NCBI GenBank assembly: GCA_963744145.1
Contig: CAVUSO010000001.1
Span: 3,072,001-3,136,000, forward strand
Source of the DNA: an uncultured cyanobacterium
GTDB taxonomy: Bacteria; Cyanobacteriota; Cyanobacteriia; Cyanobacteriales; CAWUOF01
DNA length: 64,000 nucleotides
Reading direction: 5' to 3'
The notes beneath the pieces were generated by a model. The model had not been told where the DNA came from. It saw only the letters and a program-made list of their open reading frames with translations, and searched no databases. Numbering within the stretch: position 1 is the first letter of the stretch; every line of letters begins with the position of its first letter. The position numbers and the translations under genes were made by a program. Shown here piece by piece: positions 62,900 through 64,000 of the stretch.

Positions 62900-63814
62900 T
62901 TGACAACTACCTCCATTGTTATGAAAAAATTGCTGAGATTTTTCTACTACCAAATTTTTGATATGCTGTCAGATGTTACAGTAGCCCACATTAGTTTTTT
63001 TATATCACATCGGCGTCAGCTGAATTTAAAAGGTGATACATTTAGCGATCGGATCACCTTCAGACGACTTTACCCATTATGTGCTGATTTTTGCATACTG
63101 ACAGATAAATATGAGGTGAGAAATTATGTAACCCAAAGAATTGGGAGCGAGTATCTAATTCCTTTACTCGCAATCACCGATGATGCAGAGAAAATAAATT
63201 TTGCCGCACTCCCGAATCAATTTGTGATGAAATCAAATCATGCTACTCAAAGAATCGAGCTGGTGTTTGATAAATCTAAAATCGAGGTAGAAGGTTTGCG
63301 AAAAATTGCCAGTGATTGGCTGAAGTATGATTTTTATAAAGCAACGCGGGAACAACATTATAAGGATATCCAGAGAAAAATTTTATTTGAAGAATTGCTG
63401 CTTGATGAAAATGGTAAGGTGCCCACCGACTACAAGTTCCATTGTTTCCGAAAAAATGGGGTGTTAAATCAATTTATTCAGGTAAATAGTAATCGCTTTG
63501 CTAACCATACTCTGGATTTTTTTGATTTGCAATGGAATAGATTGAATATTAAATTGCACTATCCTACATCATCTGTGCCCCCTGCTCGTCCCACCTTGTT
63601 AAACAAAATGTCGGAAATTGCCGCGATCCTTTCGGAGCAATTTAATTATATCCGGGTTGATTTATATTGTGTGAAAAACCAAATATTCTTTGGTGAATTA
63701 ACATTTACTCCTGGATGTGGATTGAAAAAAATGTATCCTCAGCAGGTTGATCGAGAATGGGGTATGCTGTTTGAGCCAGATGAGTTTTTCTATGGTGAGA
63801 TGAAGTGTAAGTAA
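62900..63814 (+). CDS. TupA-like ATP-grasp protein (start may be ATG 62921)
   Basis: DKYEVRNYV, LPNQFVMKSNH, DYKFHCF, YIRVDLY, FGELTFTPG. Confidence 0.88.
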   Translation: MTTTSIVMKKLLRFFYYQIFDMLSDVTVAHISFFISHRRQLNLKGDTFSDRITFRRLYPLCADFCILTDKYEVRNYVTQRIGSEYLIPLLAITDDAEKINFAALPNQFVMKSNHATQRIELVFDKSKIEVEGLRKIASDWLKYDFYKATREQHYKDIQRKILFEELLLDENGKVPTDYKFHCFRKNGVLNQFIQVNSNRFANHTLDFFDLQWNRLNIKLHYPTSSVPPARPTLLNKMSEIAAILSEQFNYIRVDLYCVKNQIFFGELTFTPGCGLKKMYPQQVDREWGMLFEPDEFFYGEMKCK

Positions 63815-64000
63815 CTGGTCTGGGACTAATCCAGGAGGTGATCAGGTTAAAGTTTAGGCTGAAATTGATCACCTCTTAGCTGTACTATATTGCTTGATCT
63901 CCTATCCTCCTCAAGTGCTATAACCTATCACTACCATAGATTTCAGACTTGATTGAAGTCGAAATGCTCCATCGGTCAAAATTTTTTATCACCCCCTTGA

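Overview
Chromosomal window from a cyanobacterium: AT-rich, dense in HIP1 GCGATCGC, with cyanobacteria-specific genes. Housekeeping blocks alternate with decaying accessory islands. The housekeeping blocks hold an aminotransferase-trx-vipp1-vipp1-pspA run, DUF721, menB, coaE, tldD, a Hik2-like kinase, oxoprolinase, CBS-CP12, ilvD, mntH with two ManR boxes, and a trcR-like/HNH locus. Main points of interest: (1) a tandem A-B-[IS630]-A-B-A array of ~70-aa paralogous genes with conserved upstream motifs and covarying terminators, plus a sixth relative 20 kb away; (2) a leader ORF with terminator/antiterminator in front of the HNH operon divergent from trcR; (3) a short 6S-RNA-like sequence; (4) a coupled TPR-CHAT/small protein/2-TM operon whose protease is internally deleted; (5) decayed GTPase-Zn-ribbon and DUF262-RelA/SpoT cassettes and an intact toxin/immunity-like pair; (6) an IS630 element and two 296-bp REP-carrying MITEs sharing its ends and 3-bp TWA target duplication; (7) tandem ~381-bp MITE/REP composites. 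Toxin halves of TA modules are repeatedly broken while partners survive. No rRNA, tRNA or CRISPR array was seen. All family assignments come from motif recognition by eye, without database searches.
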